Assembly (NCBI GenBank): GCA_965223505.1
Contig: CBDCWP010000040.1
Location: 96,001-160,000 of the forward strand
Source: Planctomycetota bacterium
GTDB taxonomy: Bacteria; Planctomycetota; PLA2; JAEUHO01
Length of the DNA: 64,000 nucleotides
Direction: 5' to 3'
The notes beneath the pieces were generated by a model. It was not told the origin of the DNA and ran no database searches. It saw only the letters and a program-made list of their open reading frames with translations. The stretch's first letter is position 1, and every line of letters begins with the position of its first letter. The position numbers were made by a program, and so were the translations under genes. Below, piece after piece: positions 1 through 10,521 of the stretch.

Positions 1-581
1 TCGGCGCCTGGGAACGCGCGGCAAAGCTGCGCGCGCGCGCCCGCCCCGTCGTCGAGGAGCTGAGCGAGAGCGCGCATGACCTGGACGCGTTGATCGGCGC
101 ACTGAAGGCCCGAACGACTCTGGAACCGGACGTGGCGGAGGCCGCGCTACGGCTCCTGTACCACCGGGACGCCTCGCACGAGGGCATGGTTCGTCGCTTG
201 TGGCGGGCGCTGACGCCCTCGAACGGCGATCCCCATCAGGTCGCGATCGCGCTTTCCCTCGCCCGCGGTCTCTGGCGTGCGACCCGGCATCGTGCGGAAC
301 AGGATGCGCGCTGCGAGACGCTGCTGCTCGTGGCCTACCACCGTGCCGGCAAGCCGGAGCACGCACGCTGGGCTTTCGAGCAGATCGGCGAGCGCAACCG
401 GCTTCGCGCGCCGCAGCTGCATGCCGTCGACCTCGCATTCGCATCGATGAGCAGCGCCGATCTGGACGACATGGCGCAAGCGCGAGCCCACCTGCGGGCG
501 CTCGAGTCGCTGCTCGAGAAGCACCCCGAGCTTCGAACGAAGCGTGTTCTTCAATTCCTGAACGAGGCGCGCGCCAAGTAG
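1..581 (+). CDS. Hypothetical helical (TPR-like) protein, probably 5'-truncated by the window edge
   Basis: ORF 90..581 is Ala/Leu/Arg-rich and helical; the frame appears open back to the window start. Confidence 0.45.
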   Translation, partial: GAWERAAKLRARARPVVEELSESAHDLDALIGALKARTTLEPDVAEAALRLLYHRDASHEGMVRRLWRALTPSNGDPHQVAIALSLARGLWRATRHRAEQDARCETLLLVAYHRAGKPEHARWAFEQIGERNRLRAPQLHAVDLAFASMSSADLDDMAQARAHLRALESLLEKHPELRTKRVLQFLNEARAK

Positions 582-586
582 CGATC

Positions 587-1678
587 CTAGATCGTCGCGC
601 AGAGGATCGCGCCGGCGACGACGATGCTCCAACGCACGCCTTCCGCGGTCTTGCCCCAGGGTCTGTTCTCCATCAGGCCGGCCAGGCTGACGAGGGTCGC
701 GATGAGGACGGCGCCCAACCAGATCCGTGTGATCGGCGTGAACAACTCGAACGCATACATGAACGCCAGCACGCCGGCGACGGCGAGCGCGACCTGCGCC
801 GCGACATACGGCGAGACGCGACCCTCTGCGACGGATGACGGACGAGCACCACGCGATCCGATCTCGCGCGGTCGCCATCCCGGTCGCGCAACGAGTACGT
901 AGAGCTTCTGCCATACCGTCGGGCACGCACGCGCGACGTCGATCATGTGTGCGTAATAGTGCACATTCGCCCAAAGCGGATTCGAGCTCTTCAACGGCAT
1001 CTCGATGCCGTATGCGGGACGCTCCTCCTCCACCTGAAACGTCCCGAACAGCCTGTCCCACACGATCAGGATCGCGCCGTAGTTCTTGCCGCAGTACTTT
1101 GCATCGCGCCCGTGATGCACCCGATGGTGCGAGGGTGTGTTGAACACCGCCTCATACCAGGCCGGCATTCTGCCGATCGCCTCGGTATGCAGGCACAGCG
1201 GATACAGCCGCATGAAGCCGATGATCGTCCAGAACACGACCGGCGTAAATCCGAGCATCGCGACGGGAAGGAAGAAGACGAATCCCGGCAGGTGGTGGAA
1301 CCACGGCTGGCGAAACCCGATCGCGATGTTCATCCGGTCACTGGAGTGGTGAACGATGTGTCCGCCCCAGAGGAAGTTCCACTCGTGACTGAACCTGTGT
1401 GCCCAGTAGTACACGAAGTCCAGCGCGAGGAAGCACCCGAGCACCGACAGCGGCGTGACGTCGAAGCGGGCGGGCGCGAGGTGCGCGAAGACCCACGCGT
1501 AGGCCCCGATGAACAGCGCGAGGTAGAACATCCCGAAGACCTGGCTGCCGGCGCCGATCGACAGGTTCGCGACGGTGTCCCGCGCTCCGTAGAAGCTGCG
1601 CCCGCGACGGCGCCCGTGCGCGTGTTCCAGCAGCGCCACGGCGAGGAAGACGGGGACGGCGTACAGGATGATCTTCAT
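587..1678 (-). CDS. Sterol desaturase / fatty acid hydroxylase family membrane protein (alkylglycerol monooxygenase-like)
   Basis: His boxes YYWAHRFSH, GHIVHHSS and TPSHHRVHH, KNYG motif, multiple TM segments. Confidence 0.9.
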   Translation of the reverse strand: MKIILYAVPVFLAVALLEHAHGRRRGRSFYGARDTVANLSIGAGSQVFGMFYLALFIGAYAWVFAHLAPARFDVTPLSVLGCFLALDFVYYWAHRFSHEWNFLWGGHIVHHSSDRMNIAIGFRQPWFHHLPGFVFFLPVAMLGFTPVVFWTIIGFMRLYPLCLHTEAIGRMPAWYEAVFNTPSHHRVHHGRDAKYCGKNYGAILIVWDRLFGTFQVEEERPAYGIEMPLKSSNPLWANVHYYAHMIDVARACPTVWQKLYVLVARPGWRPREIGSRGARPSSVAEGRVSPYVAAQVALAVAGVLAFMYAFELFTPITRIWLGAVLIATLVSLAGLMENRPWGKTAEGVRWSIVVAGAILCATI

Positions 1679-1737
1679 TGGTCTCCGTACCTACGTGCCC
1701 CCTTCCGCCGCCGGCGGATGGGTGATTTCGGAGGCCG

Positions 1738-2970
1738 ATGACGAAGAGAAGCGCTCCTCTCTGGTTCCGCGCCTTCAACCGCGCCGGCGCGCTCGCGGCC
1801 GGGATGGGCGTGCGGCTCGTCTCGCTGGAGCCCGAAGCGCTCATCCGTCGCGCGCGCCGCCGCACCGGTCTCGACGACCTCGGCGACACGTCGGACCGGG
1901 AAGGACTCGAGCGACTGTGCCTGTCGCTGGAAGACGACGCGCGGCTGAGCCTGGGCGGGCGCATCGTGATGCGCGACAACATCACGAATGCGCTCGTCAA
2001 CCGGTTGCGTCTCCTCGAGGCCCGAAAGCGGACTCCCGCGACGTTCGAGACGCCCCTCGTGGCGCCGCTGATGGTTGTCGGACTTCCGCGCTCCGGAACG
2101 ACGCTCCTGCATCGGCTGCTCGCGCTCGCCGCGGGTGCACGGCCGCTGCTTCTGTGGGAGCTGCTCGAGCCGATGCCCGGACCCGCACCGAACGTTCGAC
2201 GCGATCGCGTTCAGAAGCGTGTCGACATGCTGAAACGGCTGGCACCCGCGTACGCCGCGAAACACCACCTCGATGCCGACGAGCCGGACGAGTGTGCGCT
2301 GCTGCTCGACGGCTGCTTCACCAGCGCGGTGTGGTGCATGCTGGCGCCGGTGTTCGGGTACATCGAGTGGGTCACCGACCGTGATCCCACGCCCGCGTAT
2401 CGGATGTATCGCGCGTACCTGCAACATTTTCAAAGCGCGACGCCTCGTTTACGGCTCACGCTCAAAGCGCCGCTTCACACAGCGTACTTGGACGCCCTGT
2501 TCGCCAACATCCCAAACGTGATGGTCGTGCAGACGCATCGAGATCCGGTCGAAGTGATTCCGAGCCTGATCAGTCTCTTCGAGACGATGTACGGCGTGAT
2601 CAGCGGTGTGGAACGTTCCGCAATTGCGCCGTTTGTCGCAGACGTGCTGGAGATGATGGTCGACCGGAATCTCGATGCGCGCAGCCGCATCTCGTCGGAT
2701 CGGCTCATCGACGTCTCGTACGAAGAGCTCACGAGCGACGCCGTGGGCACGACGCGAAAGATCTACGACCATTTCGACCTCGGGTGGACCGACGGTCACC
2801 AAGCGCGCGTCGAGGCGTGGATGCGAGCCCGCCCACGGCACCGATCGGGCGTCCACACGTACGACCTGCACGGGTCCGGCCTCACCAAACCCGGTCTGGC
2901 GGCTCGATTCGCGACGTACCGCGCCCTCTTCGTCGAACACCCCCGTCGCGGCAGCGTCCGGGTCGGCTGA
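1738..2970 (+). CDS. Sulfotransferase family protein (Sulfotransfer_3 type)
   Basis: PAPS-binding loop VGLPRSGTTLLHRLL, LKAPLH, THRDP motifs. Confidence 0.9.
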   Translation: MTKRSAPLWFRAFNRAGALAAGMGVRLVSLEPEALIRRARRRTGLDDLGDTSDREGLERLCLSLEDDARLSLGGRIVMRDNITNALVNRLRLLEARKRTPATFETPLVAPLMVVGLPRSGTTLLHRLLALAAGARPLLLWELLEPMPGPAPNVRRDRVQKRVDMLKRLAPAYAAKHHLDADEPDECALLLDGCFTSAVWCMLAPVFGYIEWVTDRDPTPAYRMYRAYLQHFQSATPRLRLTLKAPLHTAYLDALFANIPNVMVVQTHRDPVEVIPSLISLFETMYGVISGVERSAIAPFVADVLEMMVDRNLDARSRISSDRLIDVSYEELTSDAVGTTRKIYDHFDLGWTDGHQARVEAWMRARPRHRSGVHTYDLHGSGLTKPGLAARFATYRALFVEHPRRGSVRVG

Positions 2971-3189
2971 CGATTCGGCGCCGGTCCCGCTCGCCGGGAG
3001 GGAGCCGCGGCCACGCCGCCTTCTCCGGTCCTTAACACCCGTCCAGATGGATCTAGGGGAGCGCCCAGCGACCGGTACACTTCCGCTTGGCGATGCGACC
3101 TGTGGCGGTTCGGACCGATGTGGTTCGAGTTCCGATAGCCGACTTCCCCGGAGCCCGAACTTGCGAACCCCGAACCCGGTGAGCGGCGT

Positions 3190-4308
3190 ATGCCGATGAC
3201 CCACGCCGACGCGCGGCCGGCGCAGGACCGCGTTCGATTCAAGGCAACGGATCCGTTCCAGCGCAGGCTGCGCGCCGTGGTCGAGCGCTACCTGCGCATG
3301 ACCGGGCGCAGGCCGCGCGACTGCGCATCCATGTACGTCAAGACGGCAATCATCTTCGTGTGGGCGATCGCGTCGTACATCTTGCTCGTCTTCTACGCCT
3401 TCGCGTGGTGGCAGGCCGTCCCCCTGGCCGTCTCCCTGGGACTGGCGACCGCGGCCATCGGCTTCAACGTCCAGCACGACGGCAGCCACAACGCCTACTC
3501 GAACCGCGGATGGGTCAACAAGCTCATGGCCCGGACGCTGGATCTGGTCGGCGCCAGCTCCTTCGTGTGGGCGCGGAAGCACAACACGATCCACCACACG
3601 TACACCAACATCGAAGGCTGGGACGACGACATCAATGTCGGCTTCTTCGGCCGGCTCTCCCCCGCACAGAAGCGCTACCGCTTCCACCGGCTGCAACACC
3701 TTTATCTTTGGGTACTGTACGCATTCCTTCCGATGAAGTGGCAGTGGTACGACGACTTCAAGGACGTCGCGAAGGGCCGGATCAACGCCTACCGGATCAG
3801 CCGGCCGAAGGGCTGGGATCTGGCGTTCCTGATCCTCGGCAAGGCGATCTTCTTCTCGTACGCGCTGGTCTTGCCGGCGCTCTTCCACCCGCTCTGGCTC
3901 GTCCTGTGTATCTACGCGGTGGCGTGCTTCTCGCAGGGTGTCGTATTGAGCGTCGTCTTCCAGATGGCCCACGTGGTGGAAGAGGCCGGTTTCCCGGAGC
4001 CGGACGCCGAGACCGGCCACATGCCGGACTCGTGGGCGGTGCACCAGATTCGAACGACCGTGGACTTCGCCAGGAACAACCGCTTGGTGTCCTGGTACGT
4101 CGGCGGGCTCAATTTCCAGGTCGAGCACCACCTGTTCCCGCGCATCTGTCACGTGCACTACCCGCGGATCTCACGCGTGGTCGAGCGCGCTTGCGCGAAG
4201 GCCGGCATCCCCTATCGCGCGAACGACAAGCTGTGGGGCGCGATCCGCTCCCACTACCGCTGGCTCAAGCGCATGGGCCGTCCGGAATCCGCGACCGCCG
4301 CGGCGTGA
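3190..4308 (+). CDS. Acyl-CoA / fatty acid desaturase (linoleoyl-CoA desaturase-like)
   Basis: HDGSH, HNTIHHTYTN and QVEHHLFP His boxes; GGLNFQ. Confidence 0.92.
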   Translation: MPMTHADARPAQDRVRFKATDPFQRRLRAVVERYLRMTGRRPRDCASMYVKTAIIFVWAIASYILLVFYAFAWWQAVPLAVSLGLATAAIGFNVQHDGSHNAYSNRGWVNKLMARTLDLVGASSFVWARKHNTIHHTYTNIEGWDDDINVGFFGRLSPAQKRYRFHRLQHLYLWVLYAFLPMKWQWYDDFKDVAKGRINAYRISRPKGWDLAFLILGKAIFFSYALVLPALFHPLWLVLCIYAVACFSQGVVLSVVFQMAHVVEEAGFPEPDAETGHMPDSWAVHQIRTTVDFARNNRLVSWYVGGLNFQVEHHLFPRICHVHYPRISRVVERACAKAGIPYRANDKLWGAIRSHYRWLKRMGRPESATAAA

Positions 4309-4336
4309 CGATCCGACGAGCGGCGCGGACATGAAA

Positions 4337-4359
4337 TCGGCCGGGACGAGCCCGGCCGA
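4337..4359 (-). terminator. Intrinsic terminator hairpin between convergent genes
   Basis: Perfect 9-bp stem TCGGCCGGG-ACGAG-CCCGGCCGA, followed by a short T run on the minus strand. Confidence 0.6.
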
Positions 4360-4392
4360 AGAGATCTCTCGGAGATGTGTGGCGTGAGACGC

Positions 4393-4674
4393 CTACCAGC
4401 GACCGCCGCCGCCGCCACGCGGTTCACGCGGCTTGGCGAGGTTCACCTTGAGGTTGCGACCGCCGAGATCCTGCCCGTCGAGCGCCTGCATGGCGGTCTG
4501 GGCTTCCGCATCGCTGCTCATCTCGACGAAAGCGAAGCCTCGCGGCCTGCCGGTGTCGCGGTCCATGATGACGTTGACACTTGTCACGGTGCCGTGGGCC
4601 GAAAAGGCGTCTGTGATGTCGTCTTCGGTGCTGTCGAACGACAGGTTGCCCACATAGAGTTTGTTCTGAGCCAT
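4393..4674 (-). CDS. RRM-domain RNA-binding protein with Gly-rich tail
   Basis: RNP2 KLYVGNL, RNP1 RGFAFVEM, C-terminal RGGGGGRW. Confidence 0.95.
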   Translation of the reverse strand: MAQNKLYVGNLSFDSTEDDITDAFSAHGTVTSVNVIMDRDTGRPRGFAFVEMSSDAEAQTAMQALDGQDLGGRNLKVNLAKPREPRGGGGGRW

Positions 4675-5059
4675 TGTGATTTTCGAGTCCTTGATTCCTT
4701 GCCCCGGAACCGGAGTTCTCATCCGACGCCTTAGGGGCTCTTGCTTGTGATGACAAAGCCGCTAAGGCGACCGCGCTGAGTGGGTCGAGCCTGGCTCGTC
4801 CCCAGACGCATCGATGAGCGAAAGAAGATCTGTCGCGGCGATCGTACTCCGCTTCGGCCCGACCGGCCCGTTCCCCTTGCCGGCCCCCGAAAATCCGCGT
4901 CGGGCCAGGCGCGAGGCCGAGGTGACGTGTGCTCCCGCGGGGCCTCACGGCGGGCTACCGAGGGCTAACAGCACGCTTCCCGGAACAGAATCGGAAATTC
5001 CGGTTGGGTCGCCGGGGCCGGATTGACGACAGGGACTCCGCAATTGCCGTGTCGATTCC

Positions 5060-5752
5060 GTGCCCCCCGGGAAGCGACGCGCGGCCTTGTGGTGCCGGAA
5101 TGTCGGTCGGGCCTTAGGGAGACCCGCCCTGGAACTTCAAATCCCCCCCTGTCGCAGGCGCCGGAAATCCGCGGAGGGCGGATTCACCGTCCTCGAAGCG
5201 CTGATGGGCGCGATCGTCCTCGCCATCGCGCTCCTGGGTCACTTGGCCAGCACCGGTACCGAGCAGCGACTGTCCGAGCAGCAACGCGTTCGCAGCTCCG
5301 TGCTTCAGACCAGCCGCCAGTTCATGGAGCGACTACGCTCCGACGAGGACTGGGCCGGGCTCTACAGCCGTCTCCGCTCCATTCAGGTTGCGACCGCCCT
5401 CGACGGCAAGACGGGAACGGCGCTTCAGAGCGGAAAGCTGGCCTGGGCACCGGACGACTACTTCGACGGCATCGTCCTTCCGTCGTTCCTCGACGACCTC
5501 CGCGTGCGCGTCGAGGTGCCGATGACGCCGACGACGGTCGCCGCAGGCGGAACGGCCATGCGCCTGCGCGAAGACGCCAACCTGACGCGATTCGGCCTGC
5601 CGAAGGACCTGAACGGCGACGGCCTGATCGACGCGGACCCGCGCGACAACGACTACGTCGCGCTGCCCGTCGAGGTGACGTTCCGATGGGTGTTGCGCGG
5701 CCGCGGCCCGCGTGAGCTGCGCGTGAGCACGTGGCTGAGAGGAGACCGCTAA
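5060..5752 (+). CDS. Prepilin-type N-terminal cleavage protein (PilV-like); start uncertain
   Basis: GF|TVLEALMGAIVLAIALL class III signal; DLNGDG motif. Confidence 0.7.
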   Translation: MPPGKRRAALWCRNVGRALGRPALELQIPPCRRRRKSAEGGFTVLEALMGAIVLAIALLGHLASTGTEQRLSEQQRVRSSVLQTSRQFMERLRSDEDWAGLYSRLRSIQVATALDGKTGTALQSGKLAWAPDDYFDGIVLPSFLDDLRVRVEVPMTPTTVAAGGTAMRLREDANLTRFGLPKDLNGDGLIDADPRDNDYVALPVEVTFRWVLRGRGPRELRVSTWLRGDR

Positions 5753-6336
5753 TGCGCATCCCCACACATCGGTCGCAACGGGGCTTCACCGCCCTCGAGG
5801 TCATGATCGTGATCATCATCCTCGCGACGGGCATGCTCGGTCTCGGCAAGGCCATGCGAACGGCCTACGGTCTGGCGGGCGACTCGCAGCTCATGACCCA
5901 GGCACACGCCGAGCACCGCAAGAACTTCGAGATCATCGCCAACGTTCTGCGTCAGGCGGACGTCAACACGCTCGACGGCTTCGTCGAGTCGGGACCTCCC
6001 GGCGAGGAAGTCATGACGTGCGCCAACCCGCGCTTCGATCGGGTGGTCGGCTCGAACGCGGACGGCCGCGTTTGGGGCGACACCGAGGAGCTGCGTTGGG
6101 AGAACGCGCCGTCCGTGAACGGCGTTGCCCAGCCCGGCAAGTTGATGCTGTATCGCCTCGCGGCGGACGGGACCGAGCTCGCGAAGCGCAAGATCGGTCG
6201 CAACATTCCGTCCGGAGGCTTCCTGCTGCGCCAGGAAGGGCGAACACTCGTCATCAAGCTCACCACCTACTACGTGATGCCAGGACGCGAACCGCACTTC
6301 GTACACAGTGAGACCGCTGTGTCGCTGAGGAACTAG
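5752..6336 (+). CDS. Prepilin-type N-terminal cleavage/methylation protein (PilW-like)
   Basis: RGF|TALEVMIVIIILA; TAATG coupling to the upstream gene. Confidence 0.8.
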   Translation: MRIPTHRSQRGFTALEVMIVIIILATGMLGLGKAMRTAYGLAGDSQLMTQAHAEHRKNFEIIANVLRQADVNTLDGFVESGPPGEEVMTCANPRFDRVVGSNADGRVWGDTEELRWENAPSVNGVAQPGKLMLYRLAADGTELAKRKIGRNIPSGGFLLRQEGRTLVIKLTTYYVMPGREPHFVHSETAVSLRN

Positions 6337-6340
6337 CTGC

Positions 6341-7585
6341 ATGCAGTCCAAATTCGAATGCCGCCGCTCGTCCGGCGAAGCGGGAATGATGATCATCGTC
6401 GTTTCGTTCGTGGTGATCCTCGTTGCCGGGCTCTCTCTCGGATTTCTTACGAACGGCATGGCCGAGCGCACGTCCGTCATCCATCACGAGACGAGCATGC
6501 ATGCCCTCGAGATCGCCGAGATGGGTCTGGTCCACGCCGAGAGCCGGATCCGCGGCAAGCTCGCGGCCGACTCCGACACGCTGACCGACACGTACGCCAA
6601 CGGCGAGTACGAGGTCGGCATCGAGCGCGACCCCGTGCGCCGTCACCGCTGGACGCTCAAGGCCAGATCGGGCAAGGGGCTGAGCGAGCGGCGTATCGAG
6701 GTCGAGCTGCGCGTCTTCCAGCTCGGCGACTTCACGCACGGCCTGTTCGGCAAGCAGTCGCTCGACATCCGCTCCACCTCCACGACCGACTCGTTCGACA
6801 GCCGGCTCGGCCCCTACCTCACGCAGGCGGTCAACGTGGACGCCTACGGCCCGTATGCCGACGCCGACGCCCACGCCGGCAGCAACGGCCCGGTCGGGCT
6901 GGACGGCACCTCAAAGGTCCGCGGCGACGCGATTCCCGGCCCGCTGAGCACGACGACGATCGTCGGTGACTCGTCGGTTTTGGGCGACACCGTGCCGCTG
7001 GAGCAGGAGGTCCCGATCCCGGACACGCCGTACGACGAGTTCGCCGCGGCGCTCGCGTCCAACAACAACGGCGAGATCGGAAACGGCCAGGGCATCCAGT
7101 ACAACGCCGCGACCTACTCGTTGCGCGTCAACGCCGGCGGCAACGTGGTGTTGTCGGGCGGTACGTACTTCTTCACCGACCTGATCCTCCAGGGCGGCGG
7201 CATGCTCACGATCAACGGCCCCTCGACGTTCTACGTCACGGGACGGTTAAACGTCGGCGGCGGCCAATTGGTCAACCCGTCCGGGCTGGCGCAGAACCTG
7301 ATCGTGAATGCGCACCCGTACGCGCTCCCGCAGGGACACAACCCGAGCGACCTGCAGTTGGTCGTGAACGGCAGCGCTTCGACGGCGATGGCGGTCTACG
7401 CGCCGGAGCGCGACATCATGGTCGACGGCGGGAGTCCGTTCTTCGGTTCGATCGTCGGTCGTAGCGTCACGCTGCAGGGCGGAACCCAGTTCCACTACGA
7501 CCGCGCGCTGGGCGATCTCTCCTGGGATCGCAAGGCCCGGGTCGAGCGCGTGTACTGGCGCGAAGCCACACCCCCTCCGAGGTAG
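6341..7585 (+). CDS. PilX-like protein with C-terminal beta-helical adhesin-like domain
   Basis: EAGMMIIVVSFVVIL N-terminus, ALEIAEMG PilX-like motif, VYAP...FFGSIVG...HYDRAL C-terminus. Confidence 0.75.
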   Translation: MQSKFECRRSSGEAGMMIIVVSFVVILVAGLSLGFLTNGMAERTSVIHHETSMHALEIAEMGLVHAESRIRGKLAADSDTLTDTYANGEYEVGIERDPVRRHRWTLKARSGKGLSERRIEVELRVFQLGDFTHGLFGKQSLDIRSTSTTDSFDSRLGPYLTQAVNVDAYGPYADADAHAGSNGPVGLDGTSKVRGDAIPGPLSTTTIVGDSSVLGDTVPLEQEVPIPDTPYDEFAAALASNNNGEIGNGQGIQYNAATYSLRVNAGGNVVLSGGTYFFTDLILQGGGMLTINGPSTFYVTGRLNVGGGQLVNPSGLAQNLIVNAHPYALPQGHNPSDLQLVVNGSASTAMAVYAPERDIMVDGGSPFFGSIVGRSVTLQGGTQFHYDRALGDLSWDRKARVERVYWREATPPPR

Positions 7586-7591
7586 ACGACC

Positions 7592-8470
7592 GTGCGCACC
7601 CTTCTTCTCTCTCTGTCCGTCTCGGTGTTGGTGACCGGTCCCGCCTGGGCCGCGCCGAACACAGACGAGACGAAGGTGCTGACCGCAGCCGACGTTCGCA
7701 AGGCCGTCAGAGCGGCGCAGGACGAGGGGGAGCCGGCGATGGTCGCGCTCGCCGCGGCGCTCGGACGGACGGGGGGCCGGCCGGCGCTCGAGGGGCTGAC
7801 GGACCTCTGCCTGCACAGCCCGCGACGCGATCACGAGCCCGTGCGCATCGCCGCGCTGAAGGCCCTTGCGCGCGTCAATCTTCGCGGCGGCGACGTCGTC
7901 AAGTGCATCAAGTGGTCTAGGCGCGGGTCGTTGGAGGAGCGCGAGGCGGGCATCCTGGCCATGGGCGCGCTGGGCACGGGCCGGGACATGCCGGCGCTCC
8001 TCGAGCTCGCCACGTCGGAGGAGCCGCGCATTCAGCGCGCCACCTATCGCGCGTTGCGCAGTCTGACCGGAGTGTCGATCCCGAACGTGCACGCGCGTTG
8101 GCTTCATTGGTGGCGTTCGACGGTCAAGCGCACGTCCGGACCGCTGCAACGCGCCCTCGCAGGCTTGGAAGAGGACCCGAAGGCCGAAGGCGCCAAGGAG
8201 CGCGTCGAGACGCTCGCGCAACAGGGCTGGGTCGACCCCGAACCGATCGAGGACGCGATCTCGGACTGGCTGCGGTCGTCGGACGCGCTCTTGCAAGCGA
8301 CGGCGTGCCGGCTCGCGAGCCGGCTGCGGCTGGCGGACTTCGGCCCGAGGATCGCCAAGATCCGCGTAAGCGGGTTCGACCCGCCCGAGCTCGAGAAGGC
8401 GATCCGCGCCGCGCTCGCCACCCTCGGCATGGCGGAAGAGCTCGCCGAGCGGGTCAGCCGCAAGCCCTGA
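7592..8470 (+). CDS. Secreted HEAT-repeat protein
   Basis: Signal peptide; VRIAALKALA and IQRATYRALRSLTG...WLHWW HEAT-like repeats. Confidence 0.7.
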   Translation: MRTLLLSLSVSVLVTGPAWAAPNTDETKVLTAADVRKAVRAAQDEGEPAMVALAAALGRTGGRPALEGLTDLCLHSPRRDHEPVRIAALKALARVNLRGGDVVKCIKWSRRGSLEEREAGILAMGALGTGRDMPALLELATSEEPRIQRATYRALRSLTGVSIPNVHARWLHWWRSTVKRTSGPLQRALAGLEEDPKAEGAKERVETLAQQGWVDPEPIEDAISDWLRSSDALLQATACRLASRLRLADFGPRIAKIRVSGFDPPELEKAIRAALATLGMAEELAERVSRKP

Positions 8471-8478
8471 CGCGAACG

Positions 8479-10521
8479 CTATTCGCCGTCACGCGGCCTG
8501 TCGTAACGCTCGAACCACGCGAGCACGTGCACGACCTTCGCGATGAGCTGGCTCGGCCGCCGCGCGATACCGTGTGAGGCGCCGGGGATGCGTACCAACG
8601 CGGCGTCCACCTTCCGAAGCTTGAGCGCCTGGTAGTACTGCTCCGACTCCGACATCGGTGTGCGGTAGTCGTTCTCGCCGGTCAGGAGCATGGAAGGCGT
8701 CTTGACGTTGCCCACCAGTGACAGCGGCGAGCGCTTGACGTACTCGTCGGGGTTCTCCCACGGGTACTGGGAGAACCAGTACTTGCAGAAGAAGTTCGAG
8801 TAGTCGGTCGTGAGCACGAAACTGTGCCAGTTGACCACCGGCTTCGCGATGACGGCGGCCTTGAACCGGTCGGTCTTGCCGACGATCCACGCGCTCAGCA
8901 CACCGCCCCCGCTGCCGCCGGTCACGAACAGCCGCTCGGGATCGACGTAGCCCTGCTCCAGAACGGCATCGACGCCCGACATGAGATCGTCGTAGTCGTT
9001 GCCGGGATACGCGTGATGGATGAGGTTGCCGAACGCGCCGCCGTACGACGTGGAGCCGCGCGGATTCGCATAGAAGACGACATAGCCGCTCGCGGCATAG
9101 AGCTGGATCTCGGCGGCGAAGCGATCGCCGTAGTTGGCGAACGGCCCGCCGTGGATCTCGAGGATCATCGGGTACTTCTTCTTCGGGTCGAACCCCGGCG
9201 GCTTGGCGATCCAACCGTGGATCCTGCGCTTGTCGAACGAAGACTCCCACCAGATCTCTTCGAGCGGCGCCAGCGACTTGTGCCCGAGCAGGTCCTCGTT
9301 CAGGCGCGTGATCACCTTGGGGCGATCCGGCCCACCCACGGCCAGATCCGCCGGATGGTCGGGCCGCGTCCGGGTGAATGCGAAACGACCGTTTCGAGCG
9401 ACACTGAACTGCCCGCTGCTGTAGGGCCGCCCGAGGGAGAGGCCGCCGACGTCGGCGGCGAGCTCCTGGACGGCGCCGTCGAGGGACGCGCGTCCGACCT
9501 TGCCGTTGCCTTCGTTCGCGTAGAGGAACAGCAGGCCCTTGCTGTCGGCGGTCCACGCCGGCGCGGAGACGCTGCGGTCGAGCTTCGCGGTCAAGGAACG
9601 CGGGTTCGACCCGTCGCGGTTCATGACGTAGAGCTCGACGACCTGGAAGCCCTGACAGCGGTCGTCGAACCCGACGTAGGCGACGTACTTGCCGTCCGGC
9701 GAGACGACGGGGTTCTCATCGGGCCCGTCGCGTGAGGTCAGCGCGCGGATCGTTCCGTCGTCGACGGTCACCTCGAAGATCTCGTTGCCGTTGGGCCGAT
9801 ACTCCCAATCTTCGTTGCGGTTGGCGGAGACGAGCAACGCCTTGCCGTCGGGGGTCCACGACGGCGCGGCCCCGTGATCGAAGTCACCGGAGGTCACTTG
9901 CCGCGGCGTTCCCCCTTCGGCGGGCACGACGAAGATGTGCCGGAACCCGTCCTTCAGGTAGCCGGTGCCGTCGCGGCGATAGTGCAGGCGATCGATCACG
10001 ACCGGCGGATCGGCCCACTCGGCGCCTTCGGGCTTGGGCGGCAGCTTCGCGAAGGGCTCCGTCCTTCGGCGCGCGAGCATCGAGAACGCAATCCACTTCC
10101 CGTCGGGCGACCACGCCAGCCCGGACGGTCCCTCGGTGAGGCTGGTGATCTTGGCGCTCTGGCCGGTGTCCATCCACATGAGGTGAAGCTGCGTCGTGTC
10201 GCCGTCGCTCGAGAGGTAGAGCAGCCGATCGCCCTCCGGCGACCAGCGCGGTGACGACGCGTCGTGATCGGCGACCAGCGCGCGGTGGTTGCCGCCGTCC
10301 GCGTCGATGATCCAGATGGTCGAGCGGCGCCGGTCCTTCATGATGTCCATGCCGTTGCGGACGTAGGCGATGCGGGACCCGTCGGGCGCGATGCGGGGAT
10401 CGGATGCCCACTCGAGCTCGAAGACGTCGCTCGGCTGAAACGTGGGGGCCGGCTCGGGATCGGCGCTCCCGACGCCGGCGGGCGCGACGAGCAGAACGGC
10501 GAGACAGGCGAGAACGCGCAT
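8479..10521 (-). CDS. S9 family peptidase (acylaminoacyl/dipeptidyl peptidase) with PD40 beta-propeller
   Basis: Signal peptide, WSPDG repeats, IHGGP, GGSGGG nucleophile, ENDYRTP Asp, ASHGI His. Confidence 0.93.
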   Translation of the reverse strand: MRVLACLAVLLVAPAGVGSADPEPAPTFQPSDVFELEWASDPRIAPDGSRIAYVRNGMDIMKDRRRSTIWIIDADGGNHRALVADHDASSPRWSPEGDRLLYLSSDGDTTQLHLMWMDTGQSAKITSLTEGPSGLAWSPDGKWIAFSMLARRRTEPFAKLPPKPEGAEWADPPVVIDRLHYRRDGTGYLKDGFRHIFVVPAEGGTPRQVTSGDFDHGAAPSWTPDGKALLVSANRNEDWEYRPNGNEIFEVTVDDGTIRALTSRDGPDENPVVSPDGKYVAYVGFDDRCQGFQVVELYVMNRDGSNPRSLTAKLDRSVSAPAWTADSKGLLFLYANEGNGKVGRASLDGAVQELAADVGGLSLGRPYSSGQFSVARNGRFAFTRTRPDHPADLAVGGPDRPKVITRLNEDLLGHKSLAPLEEIWWESSFDKRRIHGWIAKPPGFDPKKKYPMILEIHGGPFANYGDRFAAEIQLYAASGYVVFYANPRGSTSYGGAFGNLIHHAYPGNDYDDLMSGVDAVLEQGYVDPERLFVTGGSGGGVLSAWIVGKTDRFKAAVIAKPVVNWHSFVLTTDYSNFFCKYWFSQYPWENPDEYVKRSPLSLVGNVKTPSMLLTGENDYRTPMSESEQYYQALKLRKVDAALVRIPGASHGIARRPSQLIAKVVHVLAWFERYDRPRDGE

